From: a virus
Lineage: Duplodnaviria; Caudoviricetes
IMG/VR virus record: IMGVR_UViG_3300028588_000027
Coordinates: 1 to 59,103 of that record
Direction: 5' to 3' (one strand)
DNA length: 59,103 nt
Part shown: piece by piece, positions 28,008 through 36,456 of the stretch
Layout: the number at the start of each line of letters is the position of its first letter
Position numbering within the stretch: position 1 is the first letter of the stretch
Made by a program: the position numbers and the translations under genes
The notes under the pieces: generated by a model
Seen by the model: the letters and a program-made list of their open reading frames with translations, nothing else
What the model was told of the DNA's origin: nothing
Databases searched by the model: none

Positions 28008-28447
28008 ATTTCCTTGATATCAATTCCTAGAACGGTTTTCATCAGGTGCTTCTTGATCCGGAACGCCTCGAGCTTGCGCGTTGCCTCGCTTTTCGTGTCC
28101 TCCACCACCAGCACGCCGCCCTGCATGTACGTGGCGTCAGCGAAGTATCGGAGCGCGGGTTTCATGCGCGCTTCGCCGGCCAGGCGCACGGCCGGCGCCA
28201 GCACAAACGGAACCTGGCGCCGCAATTCGGTGATGACGCCGCCGGCCTGCAGCTGCTCGAGCTGCGCCCAGCGCCGGGCTTCCTTCTTGCTGTCGAACTT
28301 GATGCCGTCCTGCTCGGTCTTCTGGCGCCGGTACTTCTCGCGTGGCGGCTCGGCCTTCTCGGGCGCCGCCGGCGCCGGCCGTGCTGGCCGCCGGCGGCCG
28401 TGGTAGGCGTCCAGTTCTTCCTGGGTCCAGCGTATTGCGTTGCTCAT
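28004..28447 (-). CDS. DUF1064-family PD-(D/E)XK endonuclease
   Basis: DGIKFDSKKEARRW, LRRQVPF, Y.AD..Y, VVEDTKS and FRIKKHLM motifs. Confidence 0.85.
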   Translation of the reverse strand: MSNAIRWTQEELDAYHGRRRPARPAPAAPEKAEPPREKYRRQKTEQDGIKFDSKKEARRWAQLEQLQAGGVITELRRQVPFVLAPAVRLAGEARMKPALRYFADATYMQGGVLVVEDTKSEATRKLEAFRIKKHLMKTVLGIDIKEI

Positions 28448-28451
28448 GCGG

Positions 28452-28700
28452 TCAGTGGATGCGCGCTTCTGGCGGCCTGGCATGGCGGCCGTTCGGGTTG
28501 TTGGTGACGTATGCCGTTGCGCTCGACATGCGCCGGATGGCATCGTTATGGCTGGTGGCCTGCACGATGCTCAAGCCGGTCACGCCCAGCAGCATCGTCA
28601 GCACGTTGGCGACATCGCGCATGTTCGTGCAGCCGGCATCGTTCACCAGCTGCTTGACCAGTGCTTGCGCGCGGTTTTCCGCTTCTTGTTCATCAATCAT
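28452..28700 (-). CDS. Hypothetical protein
   Basis: Start MIDEQE with GAGGG SD. Confidence 0.6.
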   Translation of the reverse strand: MIDEQEAENRAQALVKQLVNDAGCTNMRDVANVLTMLLGVTGLSIVQATSHNDAIRRMSSATAYVTNNPNGRHARPPEARIH

Positions 28701-28900
28701 GGTTTTGCCCTCGTAATGACAGCCATGACGGCGCTGCGCAGCGCGTCGCGGCGCCCGTCTCGAATACCGCAATACTTCTGCGCCATGCCGAAGGCAATCA
28801 GCACCAGGTAGGTCCAGCTCGAGGAATCCAGAGCATACAGGGCGCCAATCGCTCCGACGGTCGATACCCAATCGACCAGGATGGGGGTTATTTTTTTCAT
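28697..28900 (-). CDS. Small membrane protein
   Basis: MKKITPIL; two hydrophobic segments. Confidence 0.55.
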   Translation of the reverse strand: MKKITPILVDWVSTVGAIGALYALDSSSWTYLVLIAFGMAQKYCGIRDGRRDALRSAVMAVITRAKP

Positions 28901-28950
28901 GTCTATCTCGGTAGGAAGTGGGAAACGCCCGGAAAACCGGGCGTATGGCA

Positions 28951-29436
28951 CTACTGGACGATGAACCAGTCTTCTGCCAGGGCGTCGCTGCAGCTTGGCG
29001 CCCAAGTGCTTACGGTGTCGTCGGCGCCTTTCAGCGCCAGGTAGGCGTTGTACGGGACCAGCACGCCGCGCCCGAAGTGATCGGCGGCCACGCGCGTCGT
29101 TACCGGGTACGCATTCGACGGGACCAGGTAGACGAACATGCCGGCGCCGTTCCAGCCAGCCCTGGCGATCGCCTTGCCCTGCTTGAGTGCTTCCAGGGCC
29201 AGGCCGAACGTCATGGCGCTGCAGGGGCGGTAGGCGGCGTCAAACGCGGCTTTCGGGCTCCAACTGACGTAGCCGGCCCGGTCTGGCATGTTCGGCTCGG
29301 TACCGTCCAGGTACTCGACCAGGTAGCCGTCGTCGGCGCCGTTCTCGTTGGCTGGCAGCGCCCAACCGCGGTATTCGTTGTAGGCCAGGCGCGTCATCGG
29401 CTGGGCCGCGACGATCTTGGTACCGATGAAGTTCAT
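28951..29436 (-). CDS. tad2: DUF2829/Tad2-family signal-sponge domain fused to an N-terminal IGTK...SWSPK domain
   Basis: C-terminal MTFGLALEALKQGKAIARAGWNG...W.PS.SD.LAEDW is the DUF2829 signature. Confidence 0.8.
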   Translation of the reverse strand: MNFIGTKIVAAQPMTRLAYNEYRGWALPANENGADDGYLVEYLDGTEPNMPDRAGYVSWSPKAAFDAAYRPCSAMTFGLALEALKQGKAIARAGWNGAGMFVYLVPSNAYPVTTRVAADHFGRGVLVPYNAYLALKGADDTVSTWAPSCSDALAEDWFIVQ

Positions 29437-30086
29437 GCCGGGCTCCCGAAGGCGGCGATGCGCTCGGCGAGAATATTGGCGTAGGTCTGCATCGCCGTCA
29501 GCTGGCGATACAGACGATTCTTTTCCAGGCAGTCCAGGCCTTCATGCGCTGGCGTCGACTGGAAAGCGCGCAACTTCTCGATGCGAGCCTTCAGTTCCTG
29601 GTGTTCCTCGAGCACGCGCTGCTGGTGCGGCGGATAGTCGGCGTTCGGCTGGCCAGCCTGGTGCTTGCCCAGCGCGTCGAGCTGTGCGCGGTGGTAGTCC
29701 AGGCCGACAGGCTTCGACGGCAGCGCGCTGGATGGGTGCACCTGGCTGTAGGACGGATGAATCACCTGGTTCGTGCTGCCCAGCGCCTCGAGCTGGCGCG
29801 CCAGCACGTAGCCCTCGAATTCCCACAGCTTTTGGCGGGCCAGGCCGACGGCGTTCTTGATGGCGTACTTGCGGCCCTTCTCGGCATCGAACAGCAGCGC
29901 GCTGACGCATGCCGACATGCCCAGCGCCACGTTGAACCCGTTTGGCAGGGTGGCGGTGGCGATCGTGGTATTCGTGTTCGGGATATGCGCCGTCTCAAAT
30001 TTCAGGCTGGCCACCAGGGCGTTGATGCGTTCTTCGGAGACGCGCGGCGCCGTCGTTTCCGCGGTTTTGGATGGGTTCAAATCCAT
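29433..30086 (-). CDS. Fusion of Gp49-family (Acb4-like) and crAss001_48/Sequestin-like domains
   Basis: LPNGF.V..G.SACVS...FDAE.G...A...A.QKLW.FEGY (N4 gp49/Sf6 gp66 family); C-terminal HQQRVLEE..EL..RIEKL..F...QL.AM..Y..IL.ERI..F. Confidence 0.75.
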   Translation of the reverse strand: MDLNPSKTAETTAPRVSEERINALVASLKFETAHIPNTNTTIATATLPNGFNVALGMSACVSALLFDAEKGRKYAIKNAVGLARQKLWEFEGYVLARQLEALGSTNQVIHPSYSQVHPSSALPSKPVGLDYHRAQLDALGKHQAGQPNADYPPHQQRVLEEHQELKARIEKLRAFQSTPAHEGLDCLEKNRLYRQLTAMQTYANILAERIAAFGSPA

Positions 30087-30113
30087 GGTCTATTTCCTCT
30101 TGTTAGTATTTAC

Positions 30114-30599
30114 TTATGGTGCCAGCACGATTGCCGGGGCGTCTGGCTCCGTGGTCGGGGCGGTCATCGCCGGCGCCGTCTCGAGCAAGGCATGCGCCAG
30201 GAAGTCGGCCATGCGATCCTGGTCGGCTTCGGTGCGCTTGTCTTCCGCCGGCAGGCCGCCGCCTTCCTCGAACTCCTGCAGCATGCCGTTGACGACCTCG
30301 AAGCGCACCGGGTCGGCTTGGGCCATGACGGCAAAGGTGCGCAGCGCGCGGTAGCGGTCGGCGTCGGTCAGGCTTCCGGATACGCGGGCGATCAGGTTCG
30401 GCTGTTCGTCGGCGATCGCCTGCAGCATGGCGTGCGCGGCGTCCAGGCCGGGCTGGAAGGGCGCGTTCTTCGGCACGCCGACGGTTTCCAGGCGCCCGTC
30501 ATCGGTAACGGTGATGAGGACCAGTGCGTCGGCGGCCAGGATGCGCTGGGCCAGGCTTGCCGGCAGGTCGCTGGCGGGATTGGTGCTTACGGTTTCCAT
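30114..30599 (-). CDS. Hypothetical acidic protein
   Basis: AAGGAG SD; DADRYRALR motif. Confidence 0.65.
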   Translation of the reverse strand: METVSTNPASDLPASLAQRILAADALVLITVTDDGRLETVGVPKNAPFQPGLDAAHAMLQAIADEQPNLIARVSGSLTDADRYRALRTFAVMAQADPVRFEVVNGMLQEFEEGGGLPAEDKRTEADQDRMADFLAHALLETAPAMTAPTTEPDAPAIVLAP

Positions 30600-30628
30600 G
30601 GTGCTTCTCTCCTTCGGGTTGAAAAAAG

Positions 30629-31765
30629 TTACTCGTCTACTACTTCGGCCGGCTTCCTGTTGATGCCGGTTTGCTGGCGGAGCTCGGCCAGGCGGGCCTG
30701 GCGTTGCTCATTCGTCAAATCTTCCTCACCACCGGACGGCATTGGTGGTGTGTACGGCGTTGGTACCGCACCTGCTGCCGGGTCTTCTCCGCGGTCCAGC
30801 TTGTCCAGGTGGGCCTGGATGCGCGCCACGAAGTCGCGCGGGTATTCGCCTGGGGTCGGCTTCAACGGCGGCGTCAGCGTCATGCCGAAGGCCTCCATGC
30901 TTTCCTTGGTCGCCCACCAGGCGCCGCGGTTGTTCTTCGCTTTCGGCTCCACATACGGCCGCACCTCGTCTTTCCAGCGGCCTCCGTTCAGCCAGGTGGC
31001 AGCACGCGGAATGTACTGGCCGTTCTCACGCATCCAGTCGTTCCCCTCCTTTTGCGCTGCAATGGCGGCCAGCAGGGTGTCGAGCATCGGCGCATCAGGG
31101 TCGTGCTTGTTCAGCTTGGCCCAATTCTTCTCGACCGTGATCCAGGCCCGCTGTGCGTCCTGCTTGCCGGCATTCCATGGGTAGGCTTCCCAAAATTTCT
31201 CGAATGGCTCCACGCCGTCATCGCCAGATGACGAAGGGGTTAAGGTTTTAGTCTTACTCTTACTCTCCCTCTTCTTCTTAGGGCGTTTCGTGCCGTTTCC
31301 GTCCGTTTCATCCGTTTCACCGTTTCCGGTGTCTTTGTCGTCGTCGTTACCGCCTTGTTCGCCGCCTAAGTCTTTGTTTTCTTGGGCCTGTTGAGCTAGT
31401 CGTTGCTTCTCTCGGAACTGCTGCACGCGCTTGGTGCTGGCGCCTGCTGGCTCGGATTTTTCGCGCTTTCCTTGCCGTTCCTCCCACTTCGTTACGTCTC
31501 CCGTTTCGTGTAACAGCTTTCTCCGTTTCATAGCGTTACATAGCGTTTCACAGTCGGGAATCTGCAGCGTGTACGACATTTCCTCGTAGTCGATGCCCAC
31601 GATAGAGCCACGGTCGACGGAGTGTGATGCGTACTCGAGCAGGTAGGCCCATGCACCAACAACAGAAGCAACTGGCAGCGCACATTCCTCTGCCACCATC
31701 CGAAACTTCATGTCTGCAGCGGTGCCGTCCCACCATTTGAACCACGGCATCCGGTCCATCGTCAT
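30629..31765 (-). CDS. Replication initiator (lambda O/DnaD-like)
   Basis: MPWFKWW N-terminal wHTH, KWEERQ, STKRVQQFRE, FEKFWEAYP and YIPRAATWLNGGRWKDE; internal iteron-like repeats. Confidence 0.8.
   Translation of the reverse strand: MTMDRMPWFKWWDGTAADMKFRMVAEECALPVASVVGAWAYLLEYASHSVDRGSIVGIDYEEMSYTLQIPDCETLCNAMKRRKLLHETGDVTKWEERQGKREKSEPAGASTKRVQQFREKQRLAQQAQENKDLGGEQGGNDDDKDTGNGETDETDGNGTKRPKKKRESKSKTKTLTPSSSGDDGVEPFEKFWEAYPWNAGKQDAQRAWITVEKNWAKLNKHDPDAPMLDTLLAAIAAQKEGNDWMRENGQYIPRAATWLNGGRWKDEVRPYVEPKAKNNRGAWWATKESMEAFGMTLTPPLKPTPGEYPRDFVARIQAHLDKLDRGEDPAAGAVPTPYTPPMPSGGEEDLTNEQRQARLAELRQQTGINRKPAEVVDE
31284..31550. repeat. Iteron-like CGTT(T/A)C repeats; candidate replication origin
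   Basis: Copies start at 31284, 31294, 31304, 31313, 31321 and 31490, 31502, 31524, 31534, 31544, mostly about 10 bp apart. Confidence 0.6.
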
Positions 31766-31767
31766 GT

Positions 31768-32145
31768 CTACGCTCCGGCCACCGTGCGCGGCTGGCGGGT
31801 CGAACGATCGGCCTTCCTGGTGGCGCGCGGACGGGGTTCGAGTGGCGCCGGCGCTGGCTGTTGGCCAGTGACGTACAGGTACAGGTCGCGGTGCTCGAGG
31901 AACGTCATCAGGTCCAGGGCGCGCAGCGGCTGGTCGCTCGGCTTCTGCGCGCGCTCGAGGCGGACGGCCAGCTCGAAGGTGATCGGCAGCCAGCCCGTTT
32001 TCAGCTTGGTGATGAGAGGGGCGAACAGGCCGCGGTCGATCTTCTCGAAGTAGGCGCCGCGGCCCTTCTCTGCATCGAGCCAGGCGACGAAATGCGCCGG
32101 CGCCGTGTAGGGCGCTTTGGCTGGGGTAGGGGTTGGATTCGTCAT
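31768..32145 (-). CDS. Cro/YdaS-like HTH protein
   Basis: WLDAEKGRG...LITKLKTGWLPITFELAVRLERA resembles YdaS/Cro; GGAG SD; upstream of the initiator. Confidence 0.55.
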   Translation of the reverse strand: MTNPTPTPAKAPYTAPAHFVAWLDAEKGRGAYFEKIDRGLFAPLITKLKTGWLPITFELAVRLERAQKPSDQPLRALDLMTFLEHRDLYLYVTGQQPAPAPLEPRPRATRKADRSTRQPRTVAGA

Positions 32146-32233
32146 GTAACTCTCCGGTATCGTTTCTAATAAATAACGTTCAGCATATTGAGGCGTATCA
32201 ACGGAAAAAGCAATGCCGTGCGTGAAACTTTTT

Positions 32234-32710
32234 TCAGAAGATTTTGTTCATACCCATCAGGACAGCGCGATCGTGGCGCCATCGCTCGAATGCCTGGTCC
32301 CACAAGGCGAACTTCTCGAGCCGGGTGAAGCGGTTGCCCTGGTCCAGCTCGGCATGGCAGAGGAAACAAGCCGGGACCGTGTAGACGTCGTGCGCCTTGA
32401 TGCCGCGGCCCTTGCCGTGCTGGGCCTGGTTGGAGTGCGCTGGCACGACCGTGGCGACGTCGTTGCGGCACAGGCCTGGTATGGCCAGATAGCAGCTGCG
32501 TCCGCGGCATAGCGCGGCCTCTCCGGTCGCTGGGCGGGGGTTCGCGTTGGTCTTGCTTCGGGATCGGATCGGGGTGGCCTGGCGGGCCAGCTGGGCCTGG
32601 CCGCGCGCCAGGGGTTTCTTCTGCTGCAGCACGCTGGTGCCGCGTGCCATTGGGGTCTTGCGCTGCAGGCCTTTCGTGCCTGGCTTCATGGGGGTGCGCT
32701 TCAGGGTCAA
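32234..32710 (-). CDS. DUF1364/DUF968-like Zn-binding nuclease
   Basis: C...IPG.C...TVVPAHSN...GKG.GIKAHD...AC..CH..LD. Confidence 0.75.
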   Translation of the reverse strand: MTLKRTPMKPGTKGLQRKTPMARGTSVLQQKKPLARGQAQLARQATPIRSRSKTNANPRPATGEAALCRGRSCYLAIPGLCRNDVATVVPAHSNQAQHGKGRGIKAHDVYTVPACFLCHAELDQGNRFTRLEKFALWDQAFERWRHDRAVLMGMNKIF

Positions 32711-33033
32711 AACGGGGCTTCCTCGGGTTGATGATCGGGTACCGGCGCCAGCATGGCTATCTCGAGCTGGACGTCCAGGCGATCCTCGCCATAGCGCTCG
32801 GTGCGCACGTTCAATTCGTAGTCGGGGTGGTGGATGCAGAACTTGCTTTTCTGGCGGTGTCGGTGGTGGTATCCCTCACAGCTGCAGTAGTCGCTTCGGT
32901 ACTGGCGCGATTTGTCCAGGTAGAAGTTTTTGTGGCCGCAGCTGTGGCACTTCGGGATGCGCACATAATCGGCCAGGCGGCGCGGCAGGGCTCGCCGGGC
33001 CTGGCACTTGGTGCAGCGGTAAGCGTAGCTCAC
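32707..33033 (-). CDS. Cys/His-rich Zn-finger protein
   Basis: CxxC, CxxC, C.C.GYHH.HR..S..C; GTG start with GAGG SD. Confidence 0.65.
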   Translation of the reverse strand: MSYAYRCTKCQARRALPRRLADYVRIPKCHSCGHKNFYLDKSRQYRSDYCSCEGYHHRHRQKSKFCIHHPDYELNVRTERYGEDRLDVQLEIAMLAPVPDHQPEEAPF

Positions 33034-33036
33034 GCC

Positions 33037-33582
33037 TCAGTCACCACGGACATGCTCACGAATCATCTTGATGGCCAGCGCCGCGTCGTCGCGTGACATG
33101 CCGCCCTTACGGGCGCCGGCGATGATCTCCACCACGCGGCCCAAGGTGAACGGCAGGCGCCAGCGTTTGACCACTTCCAGCACGGTCAAGCGGCGGCGAT
33201 CGGGGGCGCGGCGCTCGACCTGGATGGGGCCGACCGGCTCGACAACCTCGGGCTCTGGATGCCAGCCGCCGCGACCGAGAATCTTCACGACTTCATCGGT
33301 GGTCAGGGGTTCCGCCGGCGGCGGCGTCTCGGGCAGTTGGGCGCTGATGCCGCGCGCGGTGCGCACGGCCAGGGCATAGAAGCCGTAGTAGCGGCCCTTC
33401 GGTCCCATGATCTGCACGCGGCAGATTTTGCCCTGCATGTACAGGTCGTTGGTCAGGCGCTTAATTTCCGGCTCTGGATGGTTCGGCAGCAGCTGTACCA
33501 GGCCTGTCATGTTGATGGCGCAGCCCTCCATGTCCAGCAGCGACAGCACGGCGTCGGCGGTGTCCAGGTCGACGGCGCTCAT
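33037..33582 (-). CDS. Hypothetical protein (possible N-terminal wHTH)
   Basis: GGAG SD; ATGA overlap. Confidence 0.6.
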   Translation of the reverse strand: MSAVDLDTADAVLSLLDMEGCAINMTGLVQLLPNHPEPEIKRLTNDLYMQGKICRVQIMGPKGRYYGFYALAVRTARGISAQLPETPPPAEPLTTDEVVKILGRGGWHPEPEVVEPVGPIQVERRAPDRRRLTVLEVVKRWRLPFTLGRVVEIIAGARKGGMSRDDAALAIKMIREHVRGD

Positions 33583-34199
33583 GCTACAGCTCCGGCGTGG
33601 TGGCGCTTGATGCCGTAGTAGACCTCTTTCGCCGCCAGGACGTCGACCATGGCGTTGTGTGCGCCGTCCAGGGTCTTGCCGGTGAAGTGGGCGTAGGCCT
33701 CGGCTAGCTTGGCCGTCTTCTTCTTGTCGCCGGCCGGGCGGGCCGCGTTGACGATCTTCGTGCTATTGCCCTGCGTGCAGTAGGCCGGGCCGGCCTTCCA
33801 GTGGTCGGCGAACGGCACGCCGGCCACCAGCTGGTTGACGAACGTAGGGCTGCGCACCAGTTCAATCCGGATCATGCGCATGTCGAACGACTCGTTGTGA
33901 CCGCAGCGCATGCCGGCCTGTTTCCACATTTCGATGAACTCGGGCAGCACGATGTCCATGCGCGTGCCTTCGATCAGCGCCAGCTCGGTCGTCAGGCCGG
34001 TCAGCTGCGCGACGTCCTCGGGAATCGTCCAGCCTTCCGGCAGGATGATGCGGTCAATCTGCGCCAGCACTTCGCCGGTTTCCTCGACGCACAGCTGCGC
34101 GGCCAGCTGGGTAACGCGCGGCTGGCTCGGATCGTTGCTTGGGATGCCGTATTTAATCAGGCCGGTGCTTTCGTTGTCGTAGAACAGGATGGTTTTCAT
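33579..34199 (-). CDS. DEDDh 3'-5' exonuclease (DnaQ-like)
   Basis: FYDNESTG, GHNESFD and AHNAMVD motifs. Confidence 0.9.
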   Translation of the reverse strand: MKTILFYDNESTGLIKYGIPSNDPSQPRVTQLAAQLCVEETGEVLAQIDRIILPEGWTIPEDVAQLTGLTTELALIEGTRMDIVLPEFIEMWKQAGMRCGHNESFDMRMIRIELVRSPTFVNQLVAGVPFADHWKAGPAYCTQGNSTKIVNAARPAGDKKKTAKLAEAYAHFTGKTLDGAHNAMVDVLAAKEVYYGIKRHHAGAVA

Positions 34200-34711
34200 G
34201 GGCAATATGGGTGGTTTGGGTGGTTTGGATGGTCGTTTTGGGGTTCGGTAAGACTGCGATCGCCATAAAGGCGCATGGTCAGGTCGACGCGCTGGGAAAG
34301 GTAGACACGGCCGGCACGACGCGATCGAAGCACCACGCGCGGCTGGTCGTCCTTGCGGGCCTCTAGCACGATCACGGTGCCGCAAGTGATGCAGCCCATG
34401 AAGCGCAGGCCCATTGTGCGGCCACAATCTGCAAGGGCCGGCGTGGTGCAGTTGGGGCAGATGCCATGCTTGCGCACCATGCGTTGCTGTATGTCGGTCA
34501 GCAAGGGCGCCTTCGGGAACACCTGGCCAGTGGTCGGCTCGCCAAGGTGGTAGCGTGCGAATTCGCGGCGAGGGTCTTCCTCTGGCGGGTGCAGCGCGCA
34601 CGACGTTGCATTGATCGCCGCTTCGTGGCGTGGCCAGCCGTCGGCATGTTTCGGCTCCGAGGCAATCAGGGCCGAGTTGGCCAGCTCCAGCAATTCGCGG
34701 GGGTAGGTCAT
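34196..34711 (-). CDS. Hypothetical Zn-ribbon protein
   Basis: CPNC...CITC; ATGA overlaps at both ends. Confidence 0.55.
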   Translation of the reverse strand: MTYPRELLELANSALIASEPKHADGWPRHEAAINATSCALHPPEEDPRREFARYHLGEPTTGQVFPKAPLLTDIQQRMVRKHGICPNCTTPALADCGRTMGLRFMGCITCGTVIVLEARKDDQPRVVLRSRRAGRVYLSQRVDLTMRLYGDRSLTEPQNDHPNHPNHPYCP

Positions 34712-34914
34712 GCTTCACGCTCCACCAGGTGATCGCCGCCGCCGATCGCGTTGCCGGTGGCGGCGTCGAAGTTGGCGCCAAGGTAGCCGTTCACGCGGCC
34801 GTCGACATAGGCCGTCTCGATGACGTCCGGGCGCTGGCTGCTGATGATCCGGACACGATGCCCGGCCGCCGTCTTCCAGACCTCCCCGTTTCGGGCATCA
34901 ATCTTTTTTGTCAT
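34708..34914 (-). CDS. Hypothetical protein
   Basis: AGGAG SD. Confidence 0.6.
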   Translation of the reverse strand: MTKKIDARNGEVWKTAAGHRVRIISSQRPDVIETAYVDGRVNGYLGANFDAATGNAIGGGDHLVEREA

Positions 34915-35146
34915 GGTTGTTCTCCTGCAGCGCTTTGGCTGCGTCTTTTTCCTGGAACTTCTCGAGCCAGCGCCTCCGGTCCATCATCGTCGCGGCCGGC
35001 GTGTACAGCACGCTTGCCCAATCCCAGCGCGTCGGCCGTTCGTAGATCGTGCACAAACCCATGCCTTCCTTCGCACCAGGTTGCCCTTTGAGCTTGAAGT
35101 GATCGCATGTCATGCAGACAGCGTTCGGATCGCGCCGGATGCCCAT
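34898..35146 (-). CDS. Small Cys-containing hypothetical protein
   Basis: CMTCDHF...G.C; start coupled to the upstream TAA. Confidence 0.6.
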   Translation of the reverse strand: MGIRRDPNAVCMTCDHFKLKGQPGAKEGMGLCTIYERPTRWDWASVLYTPAATMMDRRRWLEKFQEKDAAKALQENNHDKKD

Positions 35147-35379
35147 TACTCGGCCGGGGCCGCTTCGGCCTTCTTCATCACCTCGAACAGCGCCATCACG
35201 TTGCGGTACTGCGCGCCGTTGCCCTTGTTAATGTTCTGCAGCGTGCGCAGCGACAGGCCGGCATCGGTAGCGAATCGCATCCACTCTTTCGCCTTCGTGG
35301 CCGCCAAGCGCTCGCGCACATAAACCAGCGGGTCGACCACGGCAGCGGTGTCTTGCGTGGTTGCTTCGGTAGTGTTCAT
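35146..35379 (-). CDS. Cro-like HTH transcriptional regulator
   Basis: FATDAGLSLRTLQNINKG HTH; AAGGA SD; first gene of the leftward arm. Confidence 0.7.
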   Translation of the reverse strand: MNTTEATTQDTAAVVDPLVYVRERLAATKAKEWMRFATDAGLSLRTLQNINKGNGAQYRNVMALFEVMKKAEAAPAE

Positions 35380-35517
35380 TGGAAATCCTTTCTGTAGATG
35401 AATGCCGAATCGTACCATAATATTCGGAAGAAAAATGCTACAACATTTTTCTGAAAGTTATTGCGTGCCGGTTCCTCTTTCGTTACCATGGCGTTTCTTT
35501 CAGCAAAGAGGCCCAAC
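35380..35517. promoter_or_regulatory. AT-rich divergent promoter region
   Basis: Plus strand TTGCGT(35461)-17 nt-TACCAT(35484); minus strand extended -10 TGGTACGAT at about 35409-35417; the two gene arms diverge here. Confidence 0.7.
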
Positions 35518-36456
35518 ATGGAAACGAAGACAGAACAGCAGCTGCAGGTGGCGCTCGAGCAGCGCCAGCCGGCGCCGCTGGTGGTGCAAAACCCTGCGCC
35601 GATGACGCCGATGGATATGGTTGCGCGCATGGTCGACCGCGGCGCCAGCATCGAGGAACTGCAAAAGATGATGGACTTTGCCGAGCGCATCGAAAAGCGC
35701 GACGCCGAAAAGTCTTTCGTCGGCGCCATGGCGGAATTCAAGCACAACCCGCCGCGCATCGAGAAAAACCGCAGAGCAAACGTCAGCTCGAAAAAGGGCG
35801 AAGGCGCCAGCTATGCCTACCTGTACGCGAACCTGGCTGACGTATGCGCGGCCGTCGTTCACGGCCTGGCGGCCGTCGGCATCAGCCACAAGTGGCAAAC
35901 CAAGCAGCAAGACGGCCATGTTGCCGTTACCTGCACCCTGACGCATGAGCGCGGTCACAGCGAAAGCACGATGCTGTCCGCCGGCCTGGACCTGTCCGGC
36001 GGCAAGAACAACCTGCAGGCGCTGGGCTCTACCGTCTCCTACCTCGAGCGCTATACCCTGTTGGCGGCGACGGGCCTGGCGGTGGACGATGGCCAGGACG
36101 ACGACGGCGAAGCCGGCATCACGCAAGCCGAGCGCCAGGAACTGCGCGGCGCGGCAAGCGACATGCGCCGCAATGCGTCGCCGGCAGCGGCGGCCGAGAA
36201 GCGCCAGGGAAAACAGGCGCCACCGCCGTCCCAGCTGCTGCAGCGCGCACAGACCGCAGCGGACCAGGGCCGCGACGCCTTCGGCAAGTTTTGGGCAGCG
36301 CTGCAGCCGGCCGAACGCGGCACGCTGCGCCACGATGTCCCGGACCTGGAAACGCGCGTCAAGAACGCCGACAAGCGCGCCGGCGCCGGTAGCTTCGAGC
36401 GCACCTTGGACGATGGCGTGGCCGAGCTCGAGCAGCTGCACCAGGGCGGTAAATAA
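35518..36456 (+). CDS. erf: ERF-family single-strand annealing protein
   Basis: YA.LADV, VTCTLTH..GHSE, QALGSTVSYLERYTL.A..GL....DDDG; GAGG SD. Confidence 0.9.
   Translation: METKTEQQLQVALEQRQPAPLVVQNPAPMTPMDMVARMVDRGASIEELQKMMDFAERIEKRDAEKSFVGAMAEFKHNPPRIEKNRRANVSSKKGEGASYAYLYANLADVCAAVVHGLAAVGISHKWQTKQQDGHVAVTCTLTHERGHSESTMLSAGLDLSGGKNNLQALGSTVSYLERYTLLAATGLAVDDGQDDDGEAGITQAERQELRGAASDMRRNASPAAAAEKRQGKQAPPPSQLLQRAQTAADQGRDAFGKFWAALQPAERGTLRHDVPDLETRVKNADKRAGAGSFERTLDDGVAELEQLHQGGK

Noticed and set aside
34200-34245. 9-bp GGGTGGTTT-type repeats
   Set aside because: Short simple repeat encoding HPN at a gene end; no support for a separate function.
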